A stretch of DNA of 64,000 bases from Patescibacteria group bacterium (lineage in GTDB: Bacteria; Patescibacteriota; Microgenomatia; Levybacterales; UBA12049): contig JBBTTO010000002.1 in assembly GCA_038064195.1 (NCBI GenBank), forward strand, positions 539,722 to 603,721. Reading direction: 5' to 3'. Every line of letters begins with the position of its first letter. The stretch's first letter is position 1. A program made the position numbers and the translations under genes. Below, piece after piece: positions 47,759 through 57,704 of this stretch. Below the pieces are notes generated by a model. That model was not told the DNA's origin. It did no database searches and saw nothing but the letters and a program-made list of their open reading frames with translations.

Positions 47759-49552
47759 TTAGTCTTCTTTGGGAGGAACTCCTAGCTCATTTTCCATTAA
47801 CTCTTTACGAGAAAGGAAAGGGAACATATCCTCATAGGTCTTAGAGACCATGGTCCCATCCGGCTTTTTGTAGGAGGAAATTCGGGGGACAATTGGTTGC
47901 CAGAGAGGTGTCATCACATCGCAAATGACAGGGCCATCGTAGTCCAAAACTGCTTTTAATTTGCTGGCTAAGTTACGAGATGAAGAGATACGTACACCTT
48001 TTATCTTGTACGTTTTTGCAATCTCAAGCATGTCGGGAAGCCAGAGACCCGTCTCAGGGCTTTCTCCCATAAATCTACCCTCCATATGCGTTTTCTGGGT
48101 ATGGCGGATCAGAAGGTAGCCGTTATTATTAAAGATAAACAATTTGATCGGAAGATTATTTTGTTTTATTGTTGCCAGTTCCTGAATATTCATTGATAGA
48201 CTGCCGTCCCCCGTGATGACAATAGTTCGTTTTTTAGGACTGGTCATCGCTAGCCCAAGGCCTGCGGGCCAGTAACCTAGCGTTGAGAGTCCGCCTGTAG
48301 TCATGAAGCGCTGGCCCTTTTTGATTTTCCATGCCTGACAAACGACATGAAAGCACGAACTTGTATCGATAAGTATGCTATCGTCGTTGCTCGCGATATC
48401 TGAAAGAACATCGCTGAAATAATAGGTATTTACTAATTTTTCCTGTCTGTATTCAGGTAAAGTAGTGGGATATTTTTCTTTCCACTGATTGCAAATTTTA
48501 ACCCATTCACTAAAGCTTGGGAAAATAATTTTCTTTCCTTGTTTGAGTACTTCTGCTATAAATACTTTTGCATCACTCTGAATTTTGAGGTCGATGGAAA
48601 CACCTGGTTTTGCGAGCTCACTTGATTCCAGGTCGACAACAACTTTTTTTGCATTACGTCCCCAGTCTTTCGGATCATAGCCGACAAGTCCGGTATCGAG
48701 TCTTGCACCAATTGCGATGATAAGATCGGCATTCTGAACAGCAAAATTTGCATAACGATCACCATAAAGCCCCGGCCTACCGGCAAAAAGCCTGTTATTG
48801 CTATCGATCAGATCAATGCCGAGTCGTGTAGTGATCACCGGAGCTTTCAAGAGTTTCAGGAGCTCATCAAGTTCTTTTTCTGCATGCGCAATTTTTATAC
48901 CCTGCCCTGCAAGGAGAAGGGGGCGTTTAGCTTTTTTAAGCATATTCAGGAGTTGATTGATGTCGCTTGATCTTGGTTGAGGCGTCGTCTCTTTGGGTGG
49001 CTGAAAATGTGTAAGCAGCTTTTCCGGGACTTGCATACGTTGAATATCAAGCGGGACATCAATCCAGACGGGACCGGTTCTCCCACTCATTGCCAGATAG
49101 TAAGCTTCTTCGAGGTAATAGGCAATTTTTGAAGGATCATCGACTCGTTTAAAGTATTTAGTACTTGCTTTACCAAAGGGGGCCATATTGATGCCTTGAA
49201 TACCGTACTGCCTTATATCATTTTGTTCCATATATTCAATGACTGAGGAATTAGACTGGCCAGAAATGACCATCATTGGGGCAGAGTCAACAAGTGCTCC
49301 GACTACACCGTTGAGAATATTCAGACCGGCCGGGCCAGCAGTTACCATGGCTACACCCAATTCTCCGTAGGCTCTTCCGTATGCTTCCGCAGCCATTCCT
49401 GCTGCTTGTTCATGGTGCGTAAAGATTGGGGTAATTGTTTTGTGTCGGTATACAGAGTCGTTAAGAAACATTGCTTGCCCACCAGTTAGCATAAAGATAG
49501 TTTTAACGCCTTTTTTGACGAGAAAGTTGACGATGTAATCCGCTACATTCAT
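47759..49552 (-). CDS. Thiamine-diphosphate-dependent acetolactate-synthase-like enzyme (YerE-like C2-branching enzyme candidate)
   Basis: Three-domain TPP enzyme architecture (N-terminal Pyr domain GGQAMFLND..., central domain, C-terminal PP domain with GDG...N motif region). ~597 aa. Confidence 0.55.
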   Translation of the reverse strand: MNVADYIVNFLVKKGVKTIFMLTGGQAMFLNDSVYRHKTITPIFTHHEQAAGMAAEAYGRAYGELGVAMVTAGPAGLNILNGVVGALVDSAPMMVISGQSNSSVIEYMEQNDIRQYGIQGINMAPFGKASTKYFKRVDDPSKIAYYLEEAYYLAMSGRTGPVWIDVPLDIQRMQVPEKLLTHFQPPKETTPQPRSSDINQLLNMLKKAKRPLLLAGQGIKIAHAEKELDELLKLLKAPVITTRLGIDLIDSNNRLFAGRPGLYGDRYANFAVQNADLIIAIGARLDTGLVGYDPKDWGRNAKKVVVDLESSELAKPGVSIDLKIQSDAKVFIAEVLKQGKKIIFPSFSEWVKICNQWKEKYPTTLPEYRQEKLVNTYYFSDVLSDIASNDDSILIDTSSCFHVVCQAWKIKKGQRFMTTGGLSTLGYWPAGLGLAMTSPKKRTIVITGDGSLSMNIQELATIKQNNLPIKLFIFNNNGYLLIRHTQKTHMEGRFMGESPETGLWLPDMLEIAKTYKIKGVRISSSRNLASKLKAVLDYDGPVICDVMTPLWQPIVPRISSYKKPDGTMVSKTYEDMFPFLSRKELMENELGVPPKED

Positions 49553-49553
49553 A

Positions 49554-50648
49554 TTAGATCAGGGCTTCTATTTCTGCATTTTTATTTTTAACATTTTTTT
49601 TATTTTTTAGATAGAGGGCGACGTCAATGATAATTCCTTCTTGTCCGGCAATTATTTCTCGTTTGCCAAGCTCTACCAGAATATCACGTGGATCTACATC
49701 AAACCTCTTGCCTGCTTTGACCGCATGTCTGCCAAAACCTGAGAAAACACCAGCCAGGCCGCTTGTAAGCCCGATTCCGTCAATGACCTGAGGTTTGGTC
49801 ATAATAGGTGCAATGATTTTGTCACTATTATCCATAAGCGTATAGAGATCAAGCCCTGTTTTAAATCCCATTTTTTCAATAACAGCTACAAAAACTTCCA
49901 GTTGACAGTTCCCGGCACCAGCTCCCATTCCTCGAGAAGTAGTGTCGATGATAGTTGCACCAGCTTCAACTGCCGCCACTGAATTCATTACAGCCAGACT
50001 CAAATTATTATGAGCATGAAAACCCACCTCAACTGAAAGACCATTGACGAGTATTCCGACTTTCTCTGTTACATCCTCTGGGAGATAAGCTCCTGCAGAG
50101 TCCATTAAAAGTACACCTTTTACACCATATGCTTGCATTAAGAGTGCTTGCGCGAGAAGTTCTTTGCTGGAGATCATATGCGACATCATCAGTACACCAT
50201 ATGTGGTGAGCTCTTTTTTTTTGGCATGGAGGAGATGCTCTTTGGTGACATTGGCTTCTGTACAATGTGTCGCTACCATTAGGGTCTCAAGGCCTGCTTC
50301 TATTGCCGGGTCAAGATCATCTGTAATCGTACCAAACCCAGGAATCAAAAAAGCACCCAGCTTGGTGTTTTTAAGTTCTTTTTTTGCTGTCATGAGCATC
50401 TCCTTATCACTCAGTAAAGATTTACCTAGTTGAATAGAAGAAGCGCCAAGTCCGTTACCATGCCCGACGATAAGTAGCTCTATCCCTGCTTTCTCAGCCC
50501 CTCTGGCATAGTCTTTGATATGTTCTTTACTAAATTGATGGGCAATTGCATGTGATCCGTCTCGAAGCGTTGAGTCCACTACTAAAAGTTTTTTTCCTGA
50601 TGTGTTATTTTTGTTTTGCATATGCTTCAGCTGCTGCGATTGCAGCAC
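49554..50648 (-). CDS. DmpG/HMGL-like aldolase (4-hydroxy-2-oxovalerate aldolase family)
   Basis: LVVDSTLRDGSHAIAHQFS pyruvate-carboxyltransferase (DRE-TIM) motif as in DmpG/BphI. Confidence 0.6.
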   Translation of the reverse strand: MLQSQQLKHMQNKNNTSGKKLLVVDSTLRDGSHAIAHQFSKEHIKDYARGAEKAGIELLIVGHGNGLGASSIQLGKSLLSDKEMLMTAKKELKNTKLGAFLIPGFGTITDDLDPAIEAGLETLMVATHCTEANVTKEHLLHAKKKELTTYGVLMMSHMISSKELLAQALLMQAYGVKGVLLMDSAGAYLPEDVTEKVGILVNGLSVEVGFHAHNNLSLAVMNSVAAVEAGATIIDTTSRGMGAGAGNCQLEVFVAVIEKMGFKTGLDLYTLMDNSDKIIAPIMTKPQVIDGIGLTSGLAGVFSGFGRHAVKAGKRFDVDPRDILVELGKREIIAGQEGIIIDVALYLKNKKNVKNKNAEIEALI

Positions 50649-51474
50649 AATTGATAATATCTAGATTACCTGCATAGGGTGGCAGATAATCTCCTCGTCC
50701 GACGACCTCACTAATCATAGTGATGACCCCGTTATCATAGAGAGGTGCGACAGTGAGTTTGTAGCCGGGGACATATTTTTTGATTGCTATAACTGTTTTA
50801 TCGATCGCTTTACTAATTGTATCGATTTTGGCATTCTTGACTTGAGTATAGACCATGTTGTGCATGATGATAGGGGGATCAGCGGGATTGAGGATAATGA
50901 TAGCTTTGGCTTTGGGTACATTCGTAAAGCTTTTAATACCCTCACTGGTTGTCTGAGTATACTCATCAATATTGTTACGCGTTCCAATGCCTGCTGATTT
51001 AGAGGAAATACTCCCTACAATTTCTGCATATTCTGTCTGGGGTTCAAGTTCTATGAGCGTTTTGATCAGTGGAATAGTGGCCTGACCTCCACAAGTTATC
51101 ATATTGATATTGTCTTCTTTAAGACATTCATCCATATTCAGAAAAGGGATGCACATTTTGCCGATACGAGAGGGTGTAAGATCGATAGTAAATTTCTTAA
51201 GCTTTTTAAGGATAGGCGCATGGATTACATGTGCGTCAGCAGTTGTAGCATCAAAGACGATATCACAACATTCAGGATTGTTTTCTATTGCTTGAATGGA
51301 AAGGTGAGAGGTAGGGACTCCAAGCTTTTTGGCTCTGGCAATATTTTCTGATTCTGGGTTTTGTCCGGCAAACATTCCCACCTCCAAGTATTCAGATTTG
51401 AGGGCTTTCATCAAAAGATCAGAACCAAGATTTCCGGTTCCAATGATACCAACTTTTACTTTCTTTTTTGTCAT
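50605..51474 (-). CDS. Acetaldehyde dehydrogenase (acetylating), DmpF-like
   Basis: KVGIIGTGNLGSDLLMKALKS...DIVFDATTADAHV... closely parallels the DmpF N-terminus (KVAIIGSGNIGTDLMIK...DFVFDATSA). Directly upstream of the DmpG-like gene, as in dmpFG. Confidence 0.6.
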   Translation of the reverse strand: MTKKKVKVGIIGTGNLGSDLLMKALKSEYLEVGMFAGQNPESENIARAKKLGVPTSHLSIQAIENNPECCDIVFDATTADAHVIHAPILKKLKKFTIDLTPSRIGKMCIPFLNMDECLKEDNINMITCGGQATIPLIKTLIELEPQTEYAEIVGSISSKSAGIGTRNNIDEYTQTTSEGIKSFTNVPKAKAIIILNPADPPIIMHNMVYTQVKNAKIDTISKAIDKTVIAIKKYVPGYKLTVAPLYDNGVITMISEVVGRGDYLPPYAGNLDIINCAAIAAAEAYAKQK

Positions 51475-51524
51475 GGATCTAAGCTTCGGCTATTGTAACA
51501 TACCAAAGAACGAGTAAGGGTAGG

Positions 51525-52427
51525 TTATTTTTTGGCGGAGAGTCCAAATGTTTTATCAACAATGAATTTTGGCCGATTTCGAGTTTCGTCCATAATTCGT
51601 TTGATATATTCATTTTGTATACCAAGAATGATGCAAATGAGCGTGAAGCCAAAAAGAACAACCGCGAGTTCAAGTCTTAGAAATGCAAAGGCAATAAGTG
51701 TCGCAATCCCAAAAAATCCTCCAAACATCCAGGGTGAGAGGAGAGTAATATAGGAAAATGAGTAAATACCGTTCAGCGCAACTCTAAACATTGTGACATA
51801 ATCAGCCTTTGACTTGCCAGCAAATCGTTCAGGACGGTCAAAGGGGATGCCAATTTGCTTAAATCCTACCCAGACGGCTATCCCTCTAAAAAATTGATTA
51901 TGTTCAGGAATTTTTGTTATAACGCTATAGACACGTCGGTCGAGAAGGCGAAAGTCACTAACATTTTCAGGGAGTGAACCTTTGGTAGTAAAGTCCATAA
52001 GGCGATAGAACGCTAAACTTCCGATAATCTTGAGAAATGGAACTTTTTTTCGTTTTTTTACTATTCCATATACGATATCGTAGCCTTCCTCCCATTTTTC
52101 AGTAAATTGAGGAATCAGTTCGGGAGGCTCTTGCAGGTCAGCCATCATGATGACTGCTGCGTCGCCTGAGGCGAAATTAAGCCCAGCGATAATTCCTCCA
52201 TCACATCCTTCATTTTTCGCCAGTTTAAGGATTTTAATACGTTTATCTTTTTTGTGAGCTTTGATGAGTTCACTCAGTGTTTTATCTTTGGAGCCATGCT
52301 CAACTACTACAACTTCAAAGTTGTATGTTGTAAACGTGTCCATGAATTTACTGAGTCTCTTCGTAAGCTCCGGTACAACTTCTTCCTCATTATAGGCGGG
52401 GATGACAATGGATATGAGCTTCTTCAT
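51525..52427 (-). CDS. GT2 polyprenyl-phosphate glycosyltransferase (GtrB/ArnC/DPM1-like) with C-terminal TM helices
   Basis: ISIVIPAYNEEE and ADLQEPPE (DxDLQDPPE-type) motifs. Two C-terminal TM segments. Confidence 0.7.
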   Translation of the reverse strand: MKKLISIVIPAYNEEEVVPELTKRLSKFMDTFTTYNFEVVVVEHGSKDKTLSELIKAHKKDKRIKILKLAKNEGCDGGIIAGLNFASGDAAVIMMADLQEPPELIPQFTEKWEEGYDIVYGIVKKRKKVPFLKIIGSLAFYRLMDFTTKGSLPENVSDFRLLDRRVYSVITKIPEHNQFFRGIAVWVGFKQIGIPFDRPERFAGKSKADYVTMFRVALNGIYSFSYITLLSPWMFGGFFGIATLIAFAFLRLELAVVLFGFTLICIILGIQNEYIKRIMDETRNRPKFIVDKTFGLSAKK

Positions 52428-52443
52428 GTGTAGCTATTGTACA

Positions 52444-53478
52444 CTAAAATATCCGTTTCCAGTAGAGGTGCTTAGTGAGGCTTTTTGTCTTTAGATGTTT
52501 TTTGAGAGCTGTAAGACGCGCATATCGCTTTGAGAGAAAGTCATCACTGCTAAAGTTAGTCTTTTTAAGACCTGAGACGAGATCTGCTACCGACTTCTCG
52601 ATGTCCCACTCCTGCTTGATATGAGGCATGATCTTCTGAAATCTCTGGAAATTCACTTTATAACTGCGTGAGTCTGGTTGAGTACCGGTATAACTGATTT
52701 TAGTATCCGGGAGTTTTTGATGAACTATCTTTACGAGTTCATTGACCTGGAAATTATTTTCAGGATAACCGATATTGATAATTTGCTTATTCACTTTTCG
52801 GGAGTCAATCTTCAGGAAGTGGATAAAGATACTACTAAGGTCACGCACGTCAATCAAAGGTCTCCATGGGCTTCCATCGCTTTCAATTCTAATTTCACCC
52901 ATTGAATATGCACAGGTGGTAAAGTTGTTGACGACCAAATCGTTGCGGAAAGCAGGGGAGAAGCCATAGACAGTTGAGTTCCTCAGTGATATCACACAGA
53001 AAGACCGATCTGCAAGCTCCTTAAGACTTTTTTCGGAAGCGATTTTTGAGCGGGCGTACTCAGTAAGTGGGTGGGGAATCGATTCCTCTGTGACAGTGTC
53101 TTGATCAGCGATTCCATAGATACTACAAGATGAGGAGAAAATAAAACGTTTAACACCGGCTTTTTTACTTAATGAAGCTAATCGTTTAGTTGCTTTGAAA
53201 TTAATTGAGCGAGTTAATTTTGATTCCAGTTCACCCAACGCGTCATTTGAAAGCGCTGCTAAATGGATGACGGCGTCAATCCCTTGAAGATCGCTCAACG
53301 TAACTTTCCTGACGTCCTTGCGTAGGAGTCTGTATTGAGCTTGAGGGCTGACTTTCGTATCTTGAAAAAAAAGCGTATCCAGTCCGACGACATCGTACTC
53401 TTCCTCCAGAAGCTTATCAATGAGTACCGAGCCAATATATCCTTCAGAACCGGTTACCAATACTTTTTTTATGGCCAT
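52444..53478 (-). CDS. NAD-dependent epimerase/dehydratase (extended SDR); candidate CDP-glucose 4,6-dehydratase by context
   Basis: VTGSEGYIGSVL Rossmann motif and YxxxK region. ~344 aa. Overlaps rfbF by 10 nt. Confidence 0.5.
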   Translation of the reverse strand: MAIKKVLVTGSEGYIGSVLIDKLLEEEYDVVGLDTLFFQDTKVSPQAQYRLLRKDVRKVTLSDLQGIDAVIHLAALSNDALGELESKLTRSINFKATKRLASLSKKAGVKRFIFSSSCSIYGIADQDTVTEESIPHPLTEYARSKIASEKSLKELADRSFCVISLRNSTVYGFSPAFRNDLVVNNFTTCAYSMGEIRIESDGSPWRPLIDVRDLSSIFIHFLKIDSRKVNKQIINIGYPENNFQVNELVKIVHQKLPDTKISYTGTQPDSRSYKVNFQRFQKIMPHIKQEWDIEKSVADLVSGLKKTNFSSDDFLSKRYARLTALKKHLKTKSLTKHLYWKRIF

Positions 53479-54287
53479 AATTTCCAGGGTGGATTATCAC
53501 TATTCCAGATTTTATTAAGATCTTCAAGTTCTTTGTATGTATCTACTGCAAACCAAAAGCCACTGTGCTTATAGACAGATAGGGTTTTCTCTTCTGCCAT
53601 TTTAGTAAGTAACTCAATTTCTGAATTATAATCCTTGAATTTTCTGAGCACACTTCTATTAAATACCATATAGCCACCATTCACCCAATCTGATAAAGTA
53701 GGTTTTTCCTGAAATCCCGTGACCGCGTTATCGACACTTATTTTAATATGGCCATATTTGGACCTCGGATGCACACCTGTGATCGTCCCCAAGCGTTTAT
53801 TCTTCTTATGGAAGCGGAGGAGTTCTTTCATGTTTAGATTGGTTACTCCATCTCCGTACGTCACCATAAAGTACGGATCGTTTGTCGGAACGTACTTACT
53901 ACAGCGAAAAATCCTCTCTCCTGGAAGACTTTCAAGTCCAGTATCGACAAATGTGATTTTGAAGTCATCAGTACCGCGTTGTTTTTTGATATGGTAGGTC
54001 GTTTTATGATTTTTTGTTTCGATTGTAAAGTCTGAAGTAAATGCTTTTTGGTTAAGGAAAAAGTCTTTTATATAATTTGCTTTGTAGCCGAGAGCGAGGA
54101 TAAAATCATTATACCCATAGGAGGAGTAGATTTTCATGATGTGCCAAACGATTGGCTGATTGCCTACCAAGACCATGGGTTTTGGCTTGAACTCGGTCTC
54201 CTCTTTGAGTCTGGTGCCCGCCCCTCCACAGAGAATAATAACTTTCATCTCGAAAATTATTCTAAGCAAAAGAGATTGAAATAGCAA
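53469..54287 (-). CDS. rfbF: Glucose-1-phosphate cytidylyltransferase
   Basis: VIILCGGAGTRLKEETEFKPKPMVLVGNQPIVWHIMKIYSSYGYNDFILALGYK parallels RfbF/DdhA (AVILAGGLGTRL...KPKPMVEIGGKPILWHIMK...). Confidence 0.7.
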   Translation of the reverse strand: MLFQSLLLRIIFEMKVIILCGGAGTRLKEETEFKPKPMVLVGNQPIVWHIMKIYSSYGYNDFILALGYKANYIKDFFLNQKAFTSDFTIETKNHKTTYHIKKQRGTDDFKITFVDTGLESLPGERIFRCSKYVPTNDPYFMVTYGDGVTNLNMKELLRFHKKNKRLGTITGVHPRSKYGHIKISVDNAVTGFQEKPTLSDWVNGGYMVFNRSVLRKFKDYNSEIELLTKMAEEKTLSVYKHSGFWFAVDTYKELEDLNKIWNSDNPPWKLWP

Positions 54288-54354
54288 CCATAATATATGA
54301 TCACTCGATTTTCCTGGGCTGGTTTCAAAGCTACCTATACGCTACAATACACAT

Positions 54355-55545
54355 ATGAACTCTATGCGGATCTTCGCATTTGTTGGTCTGGTAGTTTTTC
54401 TCTATTATTGCCTCTATTATCTTTATTTCGGCTTTTTACATCCGATGCCTGGTCTGGGTGATAGCTGGGATTACCATATACCTATTTCTCAAACAATTTT
54501 GCAAGGGACATTTCTCAGCCCGGTACAGGTGAAGCTGCCGCAGTGGTATTATCCAGGCTCGGCTGAAGCTATTAACGGTATTCTTATATTTTTAGGTATC
54601 CCTTTGACAATTTCTAACCTGTTGGCAGTTTTTTGTTTATTTTTTATTTGCTGGAAATTAGGAGGAGTCTTCAAATTGAGTTTTTATGAAAGTCTTTTTT
54701 TTGCTTCCACGATTGTGACTTTAAATGTCTTTGTTCGTTGGTACAATGCCGTCAGTGTTGATGTTTGGTTGGTCAACTTCTTTCTTCTTGGGATTATTTT
54801 GTTTGAGAGGCCCAAAGAGAGTCTGCGTTATGTTCTTTTCCTGGGTTTTATTCTGGGGATGTTAATTGGTACGAAATTAAGTGGGTGGTATTATCTTGTT
54901 ATGCTTAGTCTCATCTATGGAAAATCTTTGCTTGCGCTTATGTCTTTTAAAAAGATTATCATTTTTATGATCCCTTTTTCCATTTTTGGACTCTTTTGGT
55001 ACCTGCGCAATCTGTTACTTTTTGCTAATCCATTTTATCCAATAGCCTTTTTATCTCTTCCTATGAAAATGTATTTTCCTATCAAAATATCAACAATTAT
55101 CGTTTCATCCCCAAAATTTTTCTGTGACGCACTCATTGCCGAATACAAGGTTTGGGTAGTAGTCATTCCGCTAGCAATTTTTACGAGTATCAGACCTATA
55201 TTCAGTCATACAAGGGTTTCTTCTCAGATGATCAAGCTTTTGTTACTTATAACTTTTAGTTTTGGCGTTTTTCTGTTATCACCATCTGAATTTCAAGCTG
55301 AAGTAGTTGTCTCAAGCCTTCGCTATTCATATCCGGCTTTCATTTTGATGATCCTTCTCACATTTATTGTCGCCAAGCATTATCATAAATTGGAAATGCT
55401 CAGTATACTAAGTATTGCCTCGATGATTATGGTGACATCGTTTCTTTATTATCCGAAATTAGTTTTTATCTATGGCTCGTTGAGTCTTTTCGTTGTCTTT
55501 TTACTGGACAAATATCAACGAACACTGGAGAGGATTTTTGCCTAA
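54355..55545 (+). CDS. Hypothetical polytopic membrane protein (possible glycan polymerase/GT-C)
   Basis: Many TM segments. No motif. Confidence 0.4.
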   Translation: MNSMRIFAFVGLVVFLYYCLYYLYFGFLHPMPGLGDSWDYHIPISQTILQGTFLSPVQVKLPQWYYPGSAEAINGILIFLGIPLTISNLLAVFCLFFICWKLGGVFKLSFYESLFFASTIVTLNVFVRWYNAVSVDVWLVNFFLLGIILFERPKESLRYVLFLGFILGMLIGTKLSGWYYLVMLSLIYGKSLLALMSFKKIIIFMIPFSIFGLFWYLRNLLLFANPFYPIAFLSLPMKMYFPIKISTIIVSSPKFFCDALIAEYKVWVVVIPLAIFTSIRPIFSHTRVSSQMIKLLLLITFSFGVFLLSPSEFQAEVVVSSLRYSYPAFILMILLTFIVAKHYHKLEMLSILSIASMIMVTSFLYYPKLVFIYGSLSLFVVFLLDKYQRTLERIFA

Positions 55546-55547
55546 CT

Positions 55548-56486
55548 ATGAAAATCTCACTTATTACTACTATCTTTAATGAAGAGAAATCGATTAAAGA
55601 GTTTCTTGCAGGTTTGTCGGGACTATCGCTGATGCCAGACGAAGTAATTATTGTTGATGGGGGATCAACGGATCAGACATTAGCCAAGATTGCAGAGTTT
55701 AGGGATGATACAAAGTTACCTTTTGATTTTATTATAGCTACTAAAAAAGGGAATCGCTCAGTAGGGAGGAACGAGGGCGTACGAATTGCCAAAGGAGAGA
55801 TTATTGCTTTCACTGACGCTGGTTGTATTTTGGACAAAGACTGGCTTAAAGAGATTACCAAACCATTCGCGGACAGAAGCGTTGATGTTGCAGCCGGCTA
55901 CTATGCAGCCAGGGCGGAGACTATCTTTCAAAAATGTCTGGTTCCGTATGTTCTGGTGATGCCTGACAAAGTCAATCCGGATAGTTTTTTGCCAGCTACT
56001 CGTTCAATGGCTATTCGTAAAAGTGTTTTTGAAAAAATGGGAGGATTTGATCCTAAATATTCTCACAATGAAGATTATGTTTTTGCCCGTAAGTTGCGCT
56101 TTGAGGGAAGGACAATAGTATTTGCCCCCAAAGCAATCGTCAACTGGATCCCGCGCCGAACTCTCAAAGAAGCATATACTATGTTTTGGAGATTCGCCTA
56201 TGGAGATATTGAGGCCGGTATCCTTAGACCAAAGGTCTTATTGATTTTCACAAGGTATGTACTAGGAATTATTCTGGTTATTACTTTTCTCTTAACGTTA
56301 AATTTTTACATTCTTATAATGCTTATTTTGGGTTTAGTTGGTTATGCTATTTGGGCAGTACAGAAAAATTATCTTTATGTAAAGAATAGGCAAGCGATTT
56401 ATGTTCTACCTCTTATTCAATTTACCGCAGATGCTGCTGTTCTTATGGGTTCTACCCAGGGAGTGATAAAACGATATGGGATATAA
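55548..56486 (+). CDS. Glycosyltransferase family 2 with C-terminal TM segments
   Basis: ISLITTIFNEE...IIVDGGSTDQT GT2 N-terminal motifs and DAG (DxD-like). Confidence 0.65.
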   Translation: MKISLITTIFNEEKSIKEFLAGLSGLSLMPDEVIIVDGGSTDQTLAKIAEFRDDTKLPFDFIIATKKGNRSVGRNEGVRIAKGEIIAFTDAGCILDKDWLKEITKPFADRSVDVAAGYYAARAETIFQKCLVPYVLVMPDKVNPDSFLPATRSMAIRKSVFEKMGGFDPKYSHNEDYVFARKLRFEGRTIVFAPKAIVNWIPRRTLKEAYTMFWRFAYGDIEAGILRPKVLLIFTRYVLGIILVITFLLTLNFYILIMLILGLVGYAIWAVQKNYLYVKNRQAIYVLPLIQFTADAAVLMGSTQGVIKRYGI

Positions 56487-57702
56487 AAAAGATGTTATCA
56501 AGGGAATATCCTGGATTGGAATTCTTCGTTTTCTAACGAAAGCAATAGGATTTGCCGAAGCGATAATTTTGGCGAGAATTCTTCTTCCAGAGCAATTCGG
56601 GGCATATGCGGTAGCTCTCCTGGCACTTGGGCTTCTCGAGGTTATAACAGAGACTGGAGTCAATATCGTTTTGATTCAGGAACAAAATGTGGATGACTAT
56701 GTTAGCTCAGCATGGATAGTTTCCATCGTGAGGGGAGTAGGAATTATGCTTATTCTTCTCATTGGATCTCCTTTTATTGCTGGTTTTTTCCACTCTAGCC
56801 AATCACTTCCATTACTCTATATTATCGCCATAGTTCCGCTTTTAAGAGGTTTTATCAATCCGGCGATTGTCAAATTCCAAAAAGACCTGCTTTTTGGTAG
56901 AGATTTTTTGTATCGACTTGCTATTCTCTTAGTTGATACATCAATTTCTTTAACAGTTACTTTATTAACTAAAAGTCCAATTGGTATAGTATGCGGCTTA
57001 GTTTCAGGGGTAATTGTTGAAGTGGTACTTTCTTACATAATTATTAGTCCTCGACCTCATCTTGATTTCAAAAAAGGTTATCTTCATAGACTATTCCATA
57101 GGGGTAAATGGATTACAGGAACGAGTATCTTCAATTATTTGTTTTTTAACGCAGACAATATTGTTGTAGGTAGATTACTGGGTGCGGGATCTTTAGGTAT
57201 ATATCAGCTTGCGTATTCGTTATCTGTCGTTCCACTCACAGAATTAAGCAATGTATTTGTTCACGTTACCTTTCCGATTTTCAGCAAACTTTCTAGTGAT
57301 CATAATCGTCTTAAATCTGGGTTTTTTAAAACAATGCTTCTGCTCTCAATTTTAACTTTGCCGCTAGTATTCGTACTTGTTTTTCTGCCGGGAATATTTA
57401 TTTATATCCTTGGAGAAAAATGGTCGGGGATAGTTTCTGTATTACCTATTCTTGGGATTTTGGGTTTGATAAAAACAGTCTTTGGTTCTTCAACTGCGTT
57501 ATTTTTGAGTGAAAAAAAACAAAGCTATGCTACAGTAACTTCTCTCATTAATATTCTTGGATTAATGATTCCCATTGTCCCACTTGTGAGTCACTATGGA
57601 ATTGTTGGAGCAGGAACGGCTGCTCTTATTGGTTCGTTGGTTGCGACTCCATTTTATATTTACTATATTGCAAAAATATTCCAATTTCATAAGAATATCT
57701 GA
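56476..57702 (+). CDS. MOP-superfamily polysaccharide flippase (Wzx-like)
   Basis: ~408 aa with 12-14 predicted TM helices, typical Wzx-like N-terminal region. Sits in the glycan locus. Confidence 0.55.
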   Translation: MGYKKDVIKGISWIGILRFLTKAIGFAEAIILARILLPEQFGAYAVALLALGLLEVITETGVNIVLIQEQNVDDYVSSAWIVSIVRGVGIMLILLIGSPFIAGFFHSSQSLPLLYIIAIVPLLRGFINPAIVKFQKDLLFGRDFLYRLAILLVDTSISLTVTLLTKSPIGIVCGLVSGVIVEVVLSYIIISPRPHLDFKKGYLHRLFHRGKWITGTSIFNYLFFNADNIVVGRLLGAGSLGIYQLAYSLSVVPLTELSNVFVHVTFPIFSKLSSDHNRLKSGFFKTMLLLSILTLPLVFVLVFLPGIFIYILGEKWSGIVSVLPILGILGLIKTVFGSSTALFLSEKKQSYATVTSLINILGLMIPIVPLVSHYGIVGAGTAALIGSLVATPFYIYYIAKIFQFHKNI

Positions 57703-57704
57703 AT

